Of a stretch of DNA of 64,000 nucleotides, positions 35,672-49,729 are shown in pieces. Position 1 is the stretch's first letter; every line of letters starts with the position of its first letter. Position numbers and translations under genes: made by a program. The stretch comes from Eutreptiella sp. 'Long Island Sound 2002'. Its lineage: Eukaryota; Protista; Euglenida. Where the stretch lies: NCBI GenBank assembly GCA_964036045.1, contig OZ038379.1:6944001-7008000 (forward strand). The letters run 5' to 3'. The notes under the pieces were generated by a model. It saw nothing but the letters and a program-made list of their open reading frames with translations. It was not told the origin of the DNA and searched no databases.

Positions 35672-36207
35672 GTGAGTCGCCTCCTTCGCCTCCTTTGGCC
35701 CGTTGTGAGGGCTGCGGTGTGGCTATCCATTTAGTGCCCCTTACCCCCAAAACGTAATGCCCCCACCCCCTTCGCAATGGTGCCCCGGTCCTTTAAAAGG
35801 CATGCGTGCCCAAAAACACATGTACCCCCCCCCACACACACACTACCCCTGACAAGGTACGTCTACCAAAGGTTCCACCTACACCCTCGCTTAGCTCCCC
35901 GTAATTCGGTTTTACCACACACACACACACACACACCGCAGAAGGGGAGGGTCCAACGTTCCACAGAGGCCTCAGCAGTCCTGAGCCAAATGGGGCGTCC
36001 TGCCCAGCGCTGCACAAGGATCCACCTCTATAAGTACAGATCACACACACACACACACACACATTTCATTCCCACTCCTTTTTGAAATCATTTGCCTTTG
36101 AGTGGTTGCAATCCAGTAGGTGGGTGGGTGGGTAGGTGGGTTTGTGAAACATGGTAAGTCTACCAAAGGGCCCACCTTCGCTTAGTTCCCCTTCATCAGG
36201 TCTCAAC

Positions 36208-36214
<7 letters not shown>

Positions 36215-36283
<69 letters not shown>

Positions 36284-36380
36284 ACGCACGCGCACGCGCA
36301 CGCGCACGCACACGCACACGCACACGCACACGCACACGCACACGCACACGCACACACGCACACACGCACACACGCACACA
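36215..36380. repeat. (CA)n/(CACG)n compound microsatellite in intron 1
   Basis: Direct inspection. Confidence 0.95.
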
Positions 36381-37214
36381 CCGAAAAAAAAACGAATGTA
36401 ACCCGCCCCACGCACACACTTACTAACACCCAAAACAATTCAATGTACCACCCCATCCCCCAGACACACGCTTGATGTCTCTCACCCCCCAACTCAAAAT
36501 AACCCCCACGTCCCACACGCACGCACACCAACGCAACCCCTTTTGTCGCGTCGCGATGCCGGTCTCTGTCCGGCTCCAGCCCAGAACCCCCGTTGCTGCC
36601 AGGGGACCATACCGGCCACACGTCAAGCCTCACCCATGTTGTGTGCAATGCTCAGAGCTTTTACAGTTTCCTGGCTGACACGGGGGATAAGTGCTATTGC
36701 ACAGTGCAATTCATGGGCGCCACAAGAAACACAGCTGTTGTTGAGATAAGACGCAACGAAATGGAAGCCCGGGACCTGGGGAGCTGGTGCACACCTCCTG
36801 CCTGATGAACACCCCCCCGCCCCCGTTGTCCAACACACCGTGCCCAACGAACAGTAGGCGTTCGGACGATCTGGGACCCCGTTTGATGGGGTAATGGTTT
36901 TGAGATAACAACATTTTGGGCCGAGAACTCCGAGGGAATGGCGCAACGGATACCACGTGTCTGTGGAATGATCGTTGTGCCATTGATGGTGAGCGGAGTT
37001 GGTGACCGGCAGGTGCTGTACGAACAACCATCACCCGTCGACCCCTGCGCCGCCCATGTCCAGCGAACACCCGGTGTTGCGACCCATTTCAGGGGGGTCG
37101 CATACAGGTTTGCAGGGCAAACGGCCCTAGGCCGGGTCAGCAGTGGCGCCAGCAGCGCTAGAACCCGTGGGGGGGGGGGGTGGGTCCATCTTCCCATTGC
37201 ACCGCTTTCCACAG

Positions 37215-38252
37215 CTCGTCGACGCAGCCCACAGCCCATGCGGGAACTATTCAGAGCCGTTCTACGCCGTGACCCAGGGCATGCTCAACCCCGAGCGCAC
37301 GCGCGTCGACGCCAGCGCGGTCACCCTCGAGTCCCGCCCGATGCGCGCCACGGTGTGCTACCGCTTCGGGGACAACCCCTGGTTCGCCCTCGATGCGCCG
37401 CTCGCGATCGCGGGGCCGCACGGGTACGCGAGCGCCGAGGCCCCGGTCCTGCAGCTGCGCAACGGCACGATCGTCGTGCGCGGTGTGGGGCTGGCGGCCG
37501 CGGATCGCGTCGCGGTGGCGCTGCAGCCCGACGACGATTGCGACTCGCCCTCAGCCGCGTTCAACGTCACGGAGGAGATGGTGCTGGACGATGAGACCGT
37601 CGAGCTGCGGGACCTGCGGCTGACCGCCGGGGTATACCACCTCTGCTACCAGTCCCACACGTGGCATGCGCTGCAGCCGCCGCTCGAGGTCACCGGGACC
37701 GTCCGCTTGCACACGGTCCCGGCCGTCCCCGTTTCACGCGCCAACTTGACGCTGGTTGTCGAGGGTGTCGGGCTCTCGACCGCGGACCATTTCGCGATCG
37801 CGCTGGAGGCGGAGGAGTGCACCGCCGTCGCGCGCACCAACGTGACCAGCGGCATGTTCACCGGCGCAGACCCCCCGCGGGCCACCCTCACAATCCCGGT
37901 CTACCCGCTGGTCGCGGGCGCGTACCGCGTGTGCTACTTCTTGAAGGGGGAGCCGGACCTGTTCGAGCCCGCGTTCTCCGTCCAGGGGGTATACGGCTAT
38001 GCCGTGACCCCGGCACAGCCCCAGCAGACCACCAATTTCACCCTCTCGATGCTGGGGATCAGGCTGTCGACCGAGGACACGTACGGCTTCTCGGACGAGG
38101 CCGCGGGGTGTGACTCCCTCAGTGACGGCGGCGTGTGGTCAGTGCATAGCGGCCTGCTCACGGGCTCCACCGGGTTTCTGGAGGGAGGGCTGCAGCTTCC
38201 GGCAGGACGCTACGTCGTGTGCTACAATGTGAACCGGACCGGGTGGCTGCAG
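37215..38252 (+). CDS. Surface repeat protein, exon 2
   Basis: cacAG|CTC acceptor, CAG|GTATGG donor, phase 0-0. Repeats with FTL.V.G.GL...D...C...AG.Y.VCY. Confidence 0.88.
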
Positions 38253-38933
38253 GTATGGACGGGCCTCCTCTTCCATCTTTTCTCTGCACTTCTGCTCGTC
38301 TGCTCGCTCACTGCCTCTTCTCACTTCTCGTGATGGGCGTTCTTCGTGGGCATCGGCGGCATTCACGTTTCTTCGTGCTTTTGGACGGACCCCCCCTTGG
38401 TCCCGCTTCCGTGCGTCAGGATGGGGCGCAAAGCAGAACCACCCGCACCCGCCGGCTGCAGGAAGGGGGGGGGGTTCCGGAGCGGTTGACCGGGCAATCT
38501 CTGCACGCCAGCTATCCCTGCAGTGTCCCTCCCCTCGTGGGGTCACCGACACCCTGGCGCCTGAAACAGCCGTGCGTGCCAACTTACCACCCGGCCTGGG
38601 ACTCATACTTGGGACCTCTAGTTCAAGTGTCAGGGGCATCACCAATTCGCTTTTGCGTGGGGGGGGGTCCCATGCTAGGCAACCTTACGGCGGGGGGCCA
38701 AGAAGGGGGGGTTTTGCCATGGCATGGGAGGGTGCAATTTGTCATTTGCAATTTTTTTTCACAAAGGGTTTTTTGTGGTGCGGCAGGGCAGGAGGGCTTT
38801 ATTGTGCCACCGCAGGGCAGCAGGGCTGTTTTGTGTGTTTTGTCTATGTCCCTTTTGTTTTATTGTTTTATTTATTTTGTTTTTTTTGTGCTGCCATCGG
38901 GCAGTAGGATTATGTGAGCTGCCATAGAGCATC

Positions 38934-39129
38934 CATCCAGAGTGCACCAAGAAATAGCAGCAACCATCCAAAGCACACCAGGAAATAACAGAAATAACAT
39001 CCAAAGTGCACCAAGAAATAATAGTAACCATCCTGAGTGCACCAGGAAATAACATGAACCATCCAAAGCGCACCAAGAAATGTGAGCAACCGTTCAGAAC
39101 GCACCAAGAAATCATGGCAACCATCCAGG
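38934..39129. repeat. ~31-bp degenerate tandem repeat x6 in intron 2
   Basis: ccatccaaagtgcaccaagaaata-like units. Confidence 0.8.
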
Positions 39130-39440
39130 GCCCTGTGGGACTAACAGTGTTTGTCCAAAGCAATAGCAATGTCCATCAAGGACTTTGGACGTTGGCCTGC
39201 ACAAAGATGCAATTTTTGTGGACAATGGACAGCAATCATGCGGAAGCCTTCGGAAATAAGAAACAGTAATACGCGGGGCAGGGGTTGTGTGGCGCCGCCG
39301 TATTGTTTTGTCCACTACAAAATGATCCCCCATTGCCCATTCGGGGTCTTGACTGGTGTGCCCAGCTACCATAGGTTATGAGGGGGATCACATTTAGCAC
39401 ATATGGGAAGCAACAATGGACGATGTAGACCCCCTCCCCC

Positions 39441-40207
39441 TTGTCCATCTCTGCCCTTCCCCTTCAGATAGAAAAAATATTTTTTGGTTATTGTATTGGT
39501 TTCCAATCACCAGGTAGATGATTTTTGTTTACAGTACTGGCACCGTAAACATTTTTGCAGGGAGATTTCGCATTGAGAATTAATCTCTACACCAAACATT
39601 ACAAAAAATGGGAGCATTGACAGTGTGTTCGGGTTTCATTTGATCAATGTTTCCCTCCTTGCAGTTGTGCAATTAGGGAGATGTCTTTTAAATTGTCTGG
39701 AGAATGCAACTTATAACTATCTGTCTTTTTGTGGATCTGCTTTACACATTCCCCAAGGGTTGCCAATGACCCGTCGTACCATATCCAAACAAGGTCCACA
39801 TCGTGCGCTACTAGTTTCGGCTGTTGCTAGAACTGTGTTTTTCAGATACAACTCGGTGTAGAGAAAATGCAAAATCACCTCGAAGAGAGATCAAGCGTAG
39901 TTGCGGACACCATACACCCCCTTTTGGGGTGTCATTCGCGTATCCCTGACTGACTGCTTCCCTGACTGACTGACGGATTGGCTGACTGTCAGCCTCTCTT
40001 TGAGGCCCCTTGCCAAAGGCAATAGAATTTGACCGAGATTTGTCAATGTTTACAGCGCCACCGCCGTAAAATTTTCATTGGTCATACATTTCCGTTCCAG
40101 TCAGTTGGTGCCTTGTCGTGCGCATGTTTTCAAAAAGAGTGCATTTTTTACGGCGCCCTTGGGTTTGGGGGTTTACGGCTGTACGTGTGCGTGTGGTGCA
40201 CCCCAAG
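39441..40207. repeat. Dispersed intronic repeat, second copy at 51226-51813
   Basis: Collinear blocks ttgtccatctctgcccttc, ttcagatacaactcggt and aaaagagtgcattttttacggcgccct. This copy has an extra ~150 bp (~39875-40025). Confidence 0.8.
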
Positions 40208-40423
40208 GCCAAAGTAGCGCATCTTCATGCAGAGCCCCCCCCCCCCCCCTGCCAACCCACCAAACACCTTGAGGAGGGAGGAAATGGGCAATGATGCATT
40301 TTTGGGGACGGGGGCGGGTCCCCTCCCCATACCATGCTCCTTAGGGGGGGGGGGGGGGCTTAGCGGGGGGTGGGGCGTTTTGCCATGGCATGGGAGCCCC
40401 CGCCCCCATGTAAACGCGAATTG

Positions 40424-40535
40424 GAAGGGAGCAGTGTGACAGGCAAAGACACCCGAGGGTTTGGTCGGGGTACTGTGCAGGCATCGTTTGCTGAGGAAGT
40501 AAATTGGAGAGCGCGCGGGGAGGCGGGGGGGGGGG
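40424..40535 (+). repeat. ~112-bp intronic repeat with an inverted copy at 45906-46017
   Basis: gaagggagcagtgtgacaggcaaagacacccgagggtttggtcggggtactgtgcaggcatcgtttgctgagga is the near-perfect reverse complement of the intron-4 copy. Confidence 0.88.
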
Positions 40536-40782
40536 AGCCGAGCTGCTGGCAGCCCAGATGCATGACGACTGAGCTACGTGACCTCATTGAAGTAGAGGAA
40601 GAGGAGCAGGGGAGCGGACAGAAGAAGGAAAAGGGCGGGGGATGGGAATGGAGGGACCAGCGCACCGGGCAGGCGGTGCTGATGCGGCTCCTCAGGCTCC
40701 GCCGCGTGTGCGGGCGGCCTCTACGCCCCCCTGCCCCTCCTCGCCTCTGGCCCGTGGGGCCTATCCCGCGCCCCTCTCGCAG

Positions 40783-41943
40783 GTGGGGCCGGCATTCGTG
40801 GTCCTGGGGCCCACCGGCTATGTCACCGACCCGGCCCCGGTGCCGCAGGACGTGCCCTTCACTCTGACGGTGGCGGGGCACGGGCTTTCCGAGTGGGACC
40901 AGTGGGACGTGGTGCTGACCGCCACCGAGGCCTGCGGCGACCACGCCCGAAACGTCACGGGGGCGGGCCTCAACGCCACCAACGACACGGTGCGCGTCGT
41001 GCTGGAGGCCCGGGACGCGGAGAGCTACACCGTGTGCTACAAGTTCCGGCACATGGCCTGGCAGGGACTGGGCGCGCCCCTGCTGGTGCGGTTCGGCGCG
41101 GCGGCCATCGGGACGGACCCAGCGCCGCTGCTCCCGTACCAGCGCTTCAACCTGACGCTGACCGCGGCCGGCCTCGCGGCCGGGGACAGGTACGCGCTGC
41201 GGTTCTACGCGGACGCGTGCCGCGACGCCGGGCCCGGCACCAACGTTACCGGCGAGATGCTCAACGGCACTGCGCTGACGGTGCCGGCCCTGAGTCTACC
41301 CGCCGGCGAGTACACTGTGTGCTATCAGCTCGGCGACCGGCTCTGGGTGCCCTTTGGGTTCCCCGACCTCGGCCCGGTGGTGGTGCGCGGCGCGGCGTAC
41401 TTCCGCACCGAACCCGAGGAGGCCTCCAACCTGCTGGCCTTCACCCCGATCGTCACCGGAAACGGCATGTCGACCGGTGACCGGTACGCGGTGGTCGGTG
41501 GTACCGGGGACGTCGGCTACTGCGAGTCGCAGCTGAGCCCCACTGGCGGGGCGCCCGCGGCTCCCGTCGACAACACGACCGTTGTGCTCGCGGGAATGAC
41601 CAAGAGCCCCGGGGATTTCACGGTGTGCTACCGCTTGGACGGGGACGTGTGGAACGCGGTGCCCCGGCGCACCGGCGAGCACCTGATTGTCGCCGGCGCG
41701 GTCTACGCCCTGAGCGACCCTGTGCCGGTGCTCGTGAACAGCAGCTTCAACCTCTGGATCGTGGGCTTCGGATTCGACGTGGCGGCGGACCGATACGCGA
41801 TTCGGTCCGGGGCGGAGGGCTGCGCGATGGACTCCGGGGCAAACTTCTCGGCGGCCCAGGTCTCCGAGGACCGGACGCGCGTGTTCGTGCAGGGGGCGTT
41901 TGTGCCCGCCGCCGGCATGCGTGTCTGCTACAACGCCCGACAG
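40783..41943 (+). CDS. Surface repeat protein, exon 3
   Basis: ctcgcAG|GTG acceptor, CAG|GTAGCG donor, phase 0-0. The junction restores the WLQ-VG repeat motif. Confidence 0.88.
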
Positions 41944-43305
41944 GTAGCGCCTCTTCTTCTCCGTGGGTTGTGCACACGTGCTCATCCCCCCTGGAGGTGA
42001 TGGATGACGGGCATGCCTGCCATCTGGAGTGTCTGTCCCCAACACCCAATCCGTGAGTACGTAACCAAGAGGATGTTCCTGGTGCGGGGTGTGTGTCCAT
42101 GCGCGCGCGCGCGTGCGTGTGTGCGTTTGTTTGCGCGTGCGCGCGCGCGCGTGTGTGCTCTCACCTTTCTCCCTTGTGACTGTCTTGCCTACAGGTACAC
42201 CTGTAGGCCTGCGTGTGCGCGGTCGCCCCCCTGCTACTCATTCAGGCAGATTCACGACAGTTCTTGTTGTGTGGTTGGGGGCTGGTGCCCAACAATGTAG
42301 GTGAACCATGGGCTCCGCTGTGGAGAGCTTGCGATCTGTGGGGTTTGGGCGGGAGTGCACGCCTGTCTGTCTATCCATCTGTCTGTCAGTCTGTCTTTGC
42401 CCTGACAGCTTACACACCCTTTTGACTCTGCCATAGAAGAAAAGACGCCAAGAGCTGCTCTGCGGCGCCTGTGGAGTCTTCTCCAGCCGCTTGTTTAGCG
42501 TTGTCTGCTTCTTTGTTTGTTTTCCTTGCAGATCTCATCGCGTGTGTGTGCGCGCGCCCGTGCGTGCGTGTGTGCTGGGGTGTGTGAATGATGGCATTTT
42601 TCAGGTGAAGAGCCAAACAGCGTCGTCGATGGGCAGTTGGTGTACATGTGTGCGTGCGTGTGTGCGTGTTGAGCTGCCTGTACGTAGTTTTCTGCGCATG
42701 GGTGTACGTGCAAGCGCGGCACATTTGTGGGTATGCCCGCAGGAAGTTGTCGGAATCGGTTGTTGGGCGCCTGCGGGTCATGAGTTGTGGCTGGCACTAC
42801 AGCAGGTCCTGGCTGCTCCCGGGGTGCGCACTGTTGTACCCGAAGTGCTTTGCCGCCCATGCGCGAGTATCGTACGATTGTGGCTGGTCGCATGTGCGCG
42901 CCGCTCTACGGTGGGAAGCTTCGTGTCAGGCCCGGGCGTTTCGCCGCGGTGCCCTCTCCCGGGGGCCCGTATACCCTTGCCCGTGCTTGGGATTCGGGAG
43001 CGTTCACAAGCGGCGATTCAGTAGTTAAAGGCCAAAAATGGCATGTGGAGGGCGGACGAGGAGGTTGCTTTGGCCATCCGGGAAGCGCCGGAGAAGCGCT
43101 TGCCCATACAATGGCTGTACCCGGTCATTTGTGCATTGGAGGCTGCCTTGGACAGCTACGCAGTTGCTGAGTCACTTCCGGTGTTAGTGAGAAGGATACA
43201 AGCGGAAAAAAGCCCTTGGTCACAATGCATAACTAGACACCGCGCCCCCCCCCCAAGCCCACCCCTCACCTCCGCCCTGGCTGCCCCTTCCTCGTCCTTT
43301 TGTAG

Positions 43306-44826
43306 GTGGGGTGGCTGCTGACGGCCCTCCAGGGGCCCACGCTCAGCTTCACCACAAGCCCCGCGGCCCCGGTGCGGCTGACCGACTTCACGCTCACCCT
43401 CAGGGGCGCCACCGGCGCGCTGAGCGAGGGCGACCAGTACGCCCTCGTGCCCGTCGCCCACGCGTGCCACGGCGCCCTCAACGTCTCCAACACGCTGGTC
43501 CTGGGCGCCGGCACCAACGCCACCGTCGCGAGCGACGCCTTTGGCTCGAGCCTGACGGTCGCCGCGGTGAACGTGCCGGCGGGCGCGTACCACATCTGCT
43601 ACGCCCCCGCGGGGCAGGCCTGGGTGCACCACCAGGAGCTGCGCGTCGCTGGGGGCGTCTCTTGGAGCACCGCAGGGTCGCCCGCGCACGGCGTCCCGTT
43701 CGCCATCGAGTTGCAGGGCTTCGGGCTGAGCCGCAATGACTCTGTCAAGGTCGTGCCATCGGGCGCGGAGTGCGGCGTGTGGCTGGGAGGCCCGTGGGTC
43801 CCGGGCGCCAATCTGACGGACGGCATGGTCGACGCCGCCGGGGAGGCCGCGACGCTGCCGGGGCTGCAGCTCCCGGCGGGCCTGTTCGACGTCTGCCATG
43901 ACCTCAACGGGTACGGGGCGTTGAGGCTGCCGGGGTCGCTTGTGGTGGCCGGCGCGACGCGCTGGGGAAGCGACCCGGCGCCGCCCGCGCGCGCGTCGAA
44001 CTTCACTTTCGTCGTTTACGGGCACGCGCTGTCGGCCGACGACCGGGTCAAGCTCGTCGACACGAGTGCGCACGCGGACTGCCACAACGACACGCACCCG
44101 GGGGCGGAGGTGTCGGCCCCCGACCCGGACCGCGAGAACTCCGTGAACGTCACGGACCTGCGGCTGGACGCCGGGCGGTACCTCGTGTGCTACAACGTCC
44201 GCAACACGACGTGGGTGCCGCAGCCGCAGCCGCTGGACGTGTTCGGCGCGTCCGGCTTCAGCACCACCCCGGCCCTGCTCCTCCGAGACGTGGACTGGCT
44301 GATCGCCGTGCGGGGCCATGGGCTGGGCCCCGGCGACGCAATCGCCCTCGTCGCGGGCGCCGACGAAGCCTGCGCCGCGGCCGTCTATGCCCCGGTCTAC
44401 ACGCACAACGTGACCGCTCTGGAGGCCGTGACCGTGGACGGCGTCAGCACCGTCAACGTCACGCGCCCCGTCCGGCTCCCCGCCGGGCCCTACACCGTGT
44501 GCTACCGGCTCTTCGCGCACGCCGAGCGGGACGACACGGACCCGGTGTGGGTCATGGTCGGGGACCCCCTGGAGGTGCTGCCGGGGGCGGGCGCCTACAG
44601 CGTCGCGCCGGCCCAGGCGGCGGACAACACGCTCTTCTCCATCACCTTCACCGGCACCAGCATGGCCAACGGCGACCGCTTCGCCTTCGCTCAGGGCGGC
44701 TGCGGCGGCCTCAGTCCGGGGTCATCGGGAATCACGGTGGCCGGGGCCGCCGGGGATGGGACGTCAGTGACGGAGGTTGGGTTGCAGCTCGCCGCTGGCG
44801 TATACGATGTGTGCTACAGCCTCCAG
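43306..44826 (+). CDS. Surface repeat protein, exon 4
   Basis: ttttgtAG|GTG acceptor, CAG|GTATGG donor, phase 0-0; five repeats. Confidence 0.88.
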
Positions 44827-46705
44827 GTATGGAGTGGTTGTCAGAGGGGTGGTTGTCAGGCCGGATGAACAACAAAGTCCGTTTGGACTACTGTTGATCA
44901 AGAACTTCGTTCTGACCCGTTTTCGGTGAACACGGTTTTTGTGGGCCCAGTATGCCCATGTTTGGCAGCCTGTGGTCTTGCCGAGAGTCGCCCATGGGCC
45001 GTTTCAAAGATGCGAAATTGCTGCTTGCACTCAAAATTGCCAACACGGGTTGGCTGAAAAACCGAATTTTCAAGTGACCCCTAATGACCCCGAGGGAAGT
45101 TGGGTTTTCACTTCTGGGGGACCCCCGAAAACTGGTGGGTGGTTCGGGAAAAGGGCTCAATTGACAGGACCATTAATAAGTCATTATGAACTCTGGCGCC
45201 GAAGGCGCCGAAAATGTTTTTGAGCATTGAAGATGGTCAATTTTTTTTTTCACCAAATACATGGCAAATGTTGTTTTTTCTCAACCCCCTCGACGCACTG
45301 ATTCCAAACATCTTATTTTCCCAAATTTTGGGTCCGGGTCACCTCCGGGCCCAGCATCGGTACGATTTTTGGGGGGCCCGTCAATTGAGCGTTTTTTTTG
45401 GGGGGGGTCTAGCCAGAGGGCTGTATCCAACCCCCCCCCCCCCGGAGACGAAAGCCCGTCCACCCCGAGGTATATTTGAACCAGGGTTTGGGTCATCGTT
45501 TGGTAACCATGGAAGTGCATATTATTATGGCCTAACAATTCATTTTTGACCCCTTTTGGTCAATCCACTGGGGTCCGGACACCCAGTCAATAGATAAATT
45601 TCATACAATGCCCTTTGGCCAAACAATCCAGTGCGGACCCATGGTCGACAGCTCGGCGTTGTACAGGTCTGTGCAGGTCTGCGAAGGGTTGTGTACGAAG
45701 AGGTGCGCTCGGGGTTGTCCCAATGACGGAGTTGTCATGACTGGAGGAGAGGGCTGTGGAGGCCTGTGGAGGGGCGCTGAGAAGCCCAGAGGGCACGCGT
45801 GGGCGCGCGCGCATTCAACAACGGAGGGTGGGGTCTGAGATTTTTGACCCACGCAGCTCGGCTGCCCGCCCCCCCCCAGATCAGATACCGAGGCCTTGTG
45901 CCAAACCCCCCCCCCCGCCTCCCCGCGCGCTCTCCAAGTTACCTCCTCAGCAAACGATGCCTGCACAGTACCCCGACCAAACCCTCGGGTGTCTTTGCCC
46001 GTCACACTGCTCCCTTCGCGCCTCCCAAGGAGTGCACTGCGCTTGAGGGGGTCCCTATCGCTGCTGGGGCCCGGAGCGGTCTCCCACTTGACTGAACGTG
46101 GGGGCGGTCCGTGCCCTGTTTGGCGTGACGCCCCCATCTGCATTGCTGTGCAGGCCTGTTGGCATCATGCAGCGTTGCTGGGGGTTTTTCTAATAAGTTT
46201 CTGAGGGCTGATGAGGGGCCAACGGGCTTTGAAGGGACGCTCCAAAGCTGGAGCGGAGGCTGGAGCTGAGACTCCGCAAGTGCGGCGCGATTGGAACGTG
46301 CGCCGTTCTGTCATACAATTCAGCCCCCGCTGGGTGGGTGGGTGGGTGGGTGGGTCTGCACCGCCCCAGCCCCCCCTTTGCTTGTATGGGCCCTGAGGTA
46401 CAACCTTTCGCTGCTCCAGGCAAAGCCTTTTGGAATTCTCCTCCCCCCGCCCCAGTTCTTCCGTCTTCTTTGTGATGCACGCCTGATGGGCCTGGGCGTG
46501 TGCGGTGAGGCTGTAGGGCATGAAATACGGGTGCCTTGAACACTCAGCGGGAGCATTCGAAGAACAAGTAGCAAGCGCGGGAGAAAAGGCTGCAACCCAC
46601 GATCAAGGCCCCACCTCTCCAGGGTTCACAAGCAGAAGCGGCAGCCGCGACAACAGCACGAATGGCATCGATACTTCTTGGGTTTTGTTTTAATTTTTTT
46701 TTGAT

Positions 46706-46784
46706 TTTTTGAATTCTCGGAAAATTTTGAATTCTCAGAAATTTTTGAATTCTCGGAAAATTTTGAATTCTCGGAAATTTTTGG
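46706..46784. repeat. 18-bp tandem repeat (gaattctcggaaaatttt) x4
   Basis: GAATTC at 46711, 46729, 46747 and 46765. Confidence 0.9.
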
Positions 46785-46993
46785 GACGAAATTCCCAAAA
46801 TGCAAATTTCAAGCAACGGCTGACTATTGAGGGCCCCATAGAGAGCCGTAGACGTGGCGTTGCCGCATGCGGCAAGGGTTGTGGAGGGCGTGAGGGCGTC
46901 GCAAGGCAGTGGTGGGCGAGGGTGGACCAGGACCCCCCGGCATGTGCCGCCGGGTTGACGAACCGCGTGGGTTGATGGCTCCACAATCCGCAG

Positions 46994-47452
46994 GGGCTCG
47001 ACTTCCTGGAGGTGGGCGGGAACCTGACGGTCGCCGGGGCCGCCGCGTGGACGACGGATCCGGCCGCAGTGGAGAACTACGAGAATTTCACGGTGACGAT
47101 CACCGGGTTCAACCTGAGCGCCGCCGACAAGTACGCCGTTGTCAACGCGCGGACCAGTCTCAGCGGCTGCGACCAGCCGTCGAATCCCGCCTACGTCAGT
47201 GACGCTGCCGTGGACGGTTTGTCGGTGGGCATCCCGGGCCTCCTGGCGCTGCCGGCGGGCGTGTACCTGATCTGCTACAACACGGGGGGCATCTCCTATT
47301 TGGATTCCGCGGCGCCGTACGTGGCCGTTGGGCCGCCGCTCCGCGTCCAGGGCGTGGAGTTCTTCTCGTCCGACCCCACGCCCCCCACCGACGACGCGCC
47401 GTTCACCGTTACATTCCACGGGCTTGGGCTCAACACGACGGACCGGTACCAG
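46994..47452 (+). CDS. Surface repeat protein, exon 5
   Basis: ccgcAG|GGG acceptor, CAG|GTCGTC donor, phase 0-0. Confidence 0.85.
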
Positions 47453-48951
47453 GTCGTCCTTGGGCTGGGGTGGGCGTTGATGTGGGAGTCAGCGGCGTTT
47501 CGAGGGGGGGGCAGCGGAGGTGAAACGTTGTGCTGGGTAGGGGGGCGGGCCATTCGGGACCCGCAGATGCAGCATGTAGAGGGTGGCGGTTTGGAGACGG
47601 TTTTCTCGTGCCGATAGCACGGTGGTATGCACGCAGTCGTCCCCCCCCCCCCCCACAACCCACACCTTCCCTGGTCTACAAACATGTCGACAGTGTCTAC
47701 AATCAGCAGACCGCGTCTACTTGTATCAGGTAGTGTTTACAACCCACAGAAGGTGTGGTCATTGCCCCGCCCCCCCCCCCTCTGCACGTGCAGCCTGGCG
47801 TTGCACCAAGTACGAGCGTTGAAGTACATTCCCTTGTAAAGGTATGGTGCGGTATGCAAGAACGCTGACTATGTGTCAAAAGCCCCCCCCCTCATGCGAT
47901 ACATGGATGGCAGAGCACAGCGTGAATCGTGCAGAGGGTGCACGGCCAAGTGCTGGATGTGCAGCGCGCAAAGTGCAATGTGGAATGTGTGTTGTGGATG
48001 AGTGTGCCGTCGGATATGCAGAGAGTGCCAGGGTGGGTGTAGTGAACACGCTGCCGTGTGTAGAGTGCACAGGGGTGCAGTGTAGAGTGTGGAGTGCCAT
48101 GTGCTGGATGTGCGGTGGGCAGTGGGCGAAGTGCAGTGCGGGGGTACAAGTGAGTGGTGTGCAGTGAGATGTGCACAGTGTGCCTTGTGGAGAACAGTGT
48201 GCAGTCGTCAAATATGTGGCGTGCAGAGCGTGAAATCGTGAGTCCAGTGCGCGGTGTGTAGTGTGCGCACTGTGGAGTGCACTGTAGTGCAAATTGCACC
48301 ACCTGCCCCACCACTTGGGTCCCGGTGTTCAGTCTTGTTGAGGTCTGGGCCCCATTCCCTTCCCGGTGCGCTACCTGGCCTGGCCACTGGCGGGGGCACA
48401 CACCGTGCGCTGTGCGACAAGTAGGCTATTCTGGACCCGTTTCCCCCGATGGCCAAGGTGACCGCAGTAACTACGGTGTTCCCCTACACAGGACTACTGA
48501 GATTCTTACTCAGATCAGAAAATCAGACGACGCGTTGAAACAAATGGTGTTTCGCACTGAAAATGCCAGAATGCTGTCTGAATCTGCTGTGTTTGCCCCG
48601 TGGGCGTGGCTTCCCCAGCGGTGGGTGGCTTTCAGGGTGGTCACGCAAATGCTGACTTTCTATTGGGCGCTGTGCCCGCGCTGTGCAGAAACGACCCCCT
48701 GGATAGCAGCGCCTCTGGCGCAACGCTGCCACCCTCAAAAGCCTGCAACAGCTCTCGACTGGTGGGCACAGTGTCGCGTGTCTGAGGGGTGTGCAATCAG
48801 AAGGTTGTTGAGGGTTGTGGAGAGGTGCCCAGGGGTGATGGAGGGGGTGTGCGAGGTCGTGGAGGGTTGGAGGGGTAAGAGGATCGACCAGGACCTTCCC
48901 TAACTTCGGAACAAAAAGCCGACATCGCACCCTCTCGCACCCTCCGCTCAG

Positions 48952-49729
48952 GTTGTGGTGGGGACCTGCGTCAACGTCACGGACGGCACCAGCACCGGCG
49001 TGAACTTGACGGACATCTCAGGGGACGGGCTGGTCACGGTAGGGCCCTTTACCCCGGGGCCGGGCTGGGCCGTGTGCTACAGCTTCAACGGGCAGGAGTA
49101 CCAGGTGGTGGACTTCGGCGGGGCCGTGGGGTGGGCCTCGGACCCGAGTCCCCCGTACCCCGAGGCAGACTTCGACCTCGTCGTCACCGGCGCCAGCCTC
49201 TCGGTGCTCGACAAGTTCGCCTTCGTCCCGGGCGACGCCGTCGGCTGCGCGCCCGCGACGTCCGGCGACGCGCGGCCCTACAACCTCACCGCGCCCGATG
49301 TGGCCCCGTCCCGCGCGCGCGTGAACGTCACCGCCGGAACGGCGCTGTCCGCCGGGATGTACACCGTGTGCTACGCCGTGGACGCGACGCGGTTCGTCTC
49401 TATCGGGCACACCTTGACGGTTGGGGGCGCGACTGGGTTCGCCTCCACGCCCAGCTTTCCCAAGCAGTACACGGGCTTCACGCTGCGGCTGGACGGGTAC
49501 CTGTTTGGCGAGGGTGACCGGTGGGCGGTGGTGCCGCAGAGCGAGGGGTGTGCAGTGGCGGCAGAGGCGCGCGCGCGCAACGTCAGCGGGGCGACGTTCG
49601 CGATGGACGCGTACAACGTCACATCGTACACGGTGGCGGCCGACGGGCAGGACGCGGGGTACCATGACGTCTGCTACGATTTCCAGGGATCCGGGTGGCT
49701 AAAGGTGGGCACAACACTCCGCATCGACG
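48952..49729 (+). CDS. Surface repeat protein, exon 6
   Basis: gctcAG|GTT acceptor (phase 0), G|GTATCT donor (phase 1). Confidence 0.85.

Noticed and set aside
34438-49702. Long alternative-frame and antisense ORFs overlapping the surface-protein exons (e.g. 43156-44520 minus, 34675-35481 plus)
   Set aside because: Shadow ORFs caused by very high GC3; only one frame has the conserved repeat and consistent splice phases.
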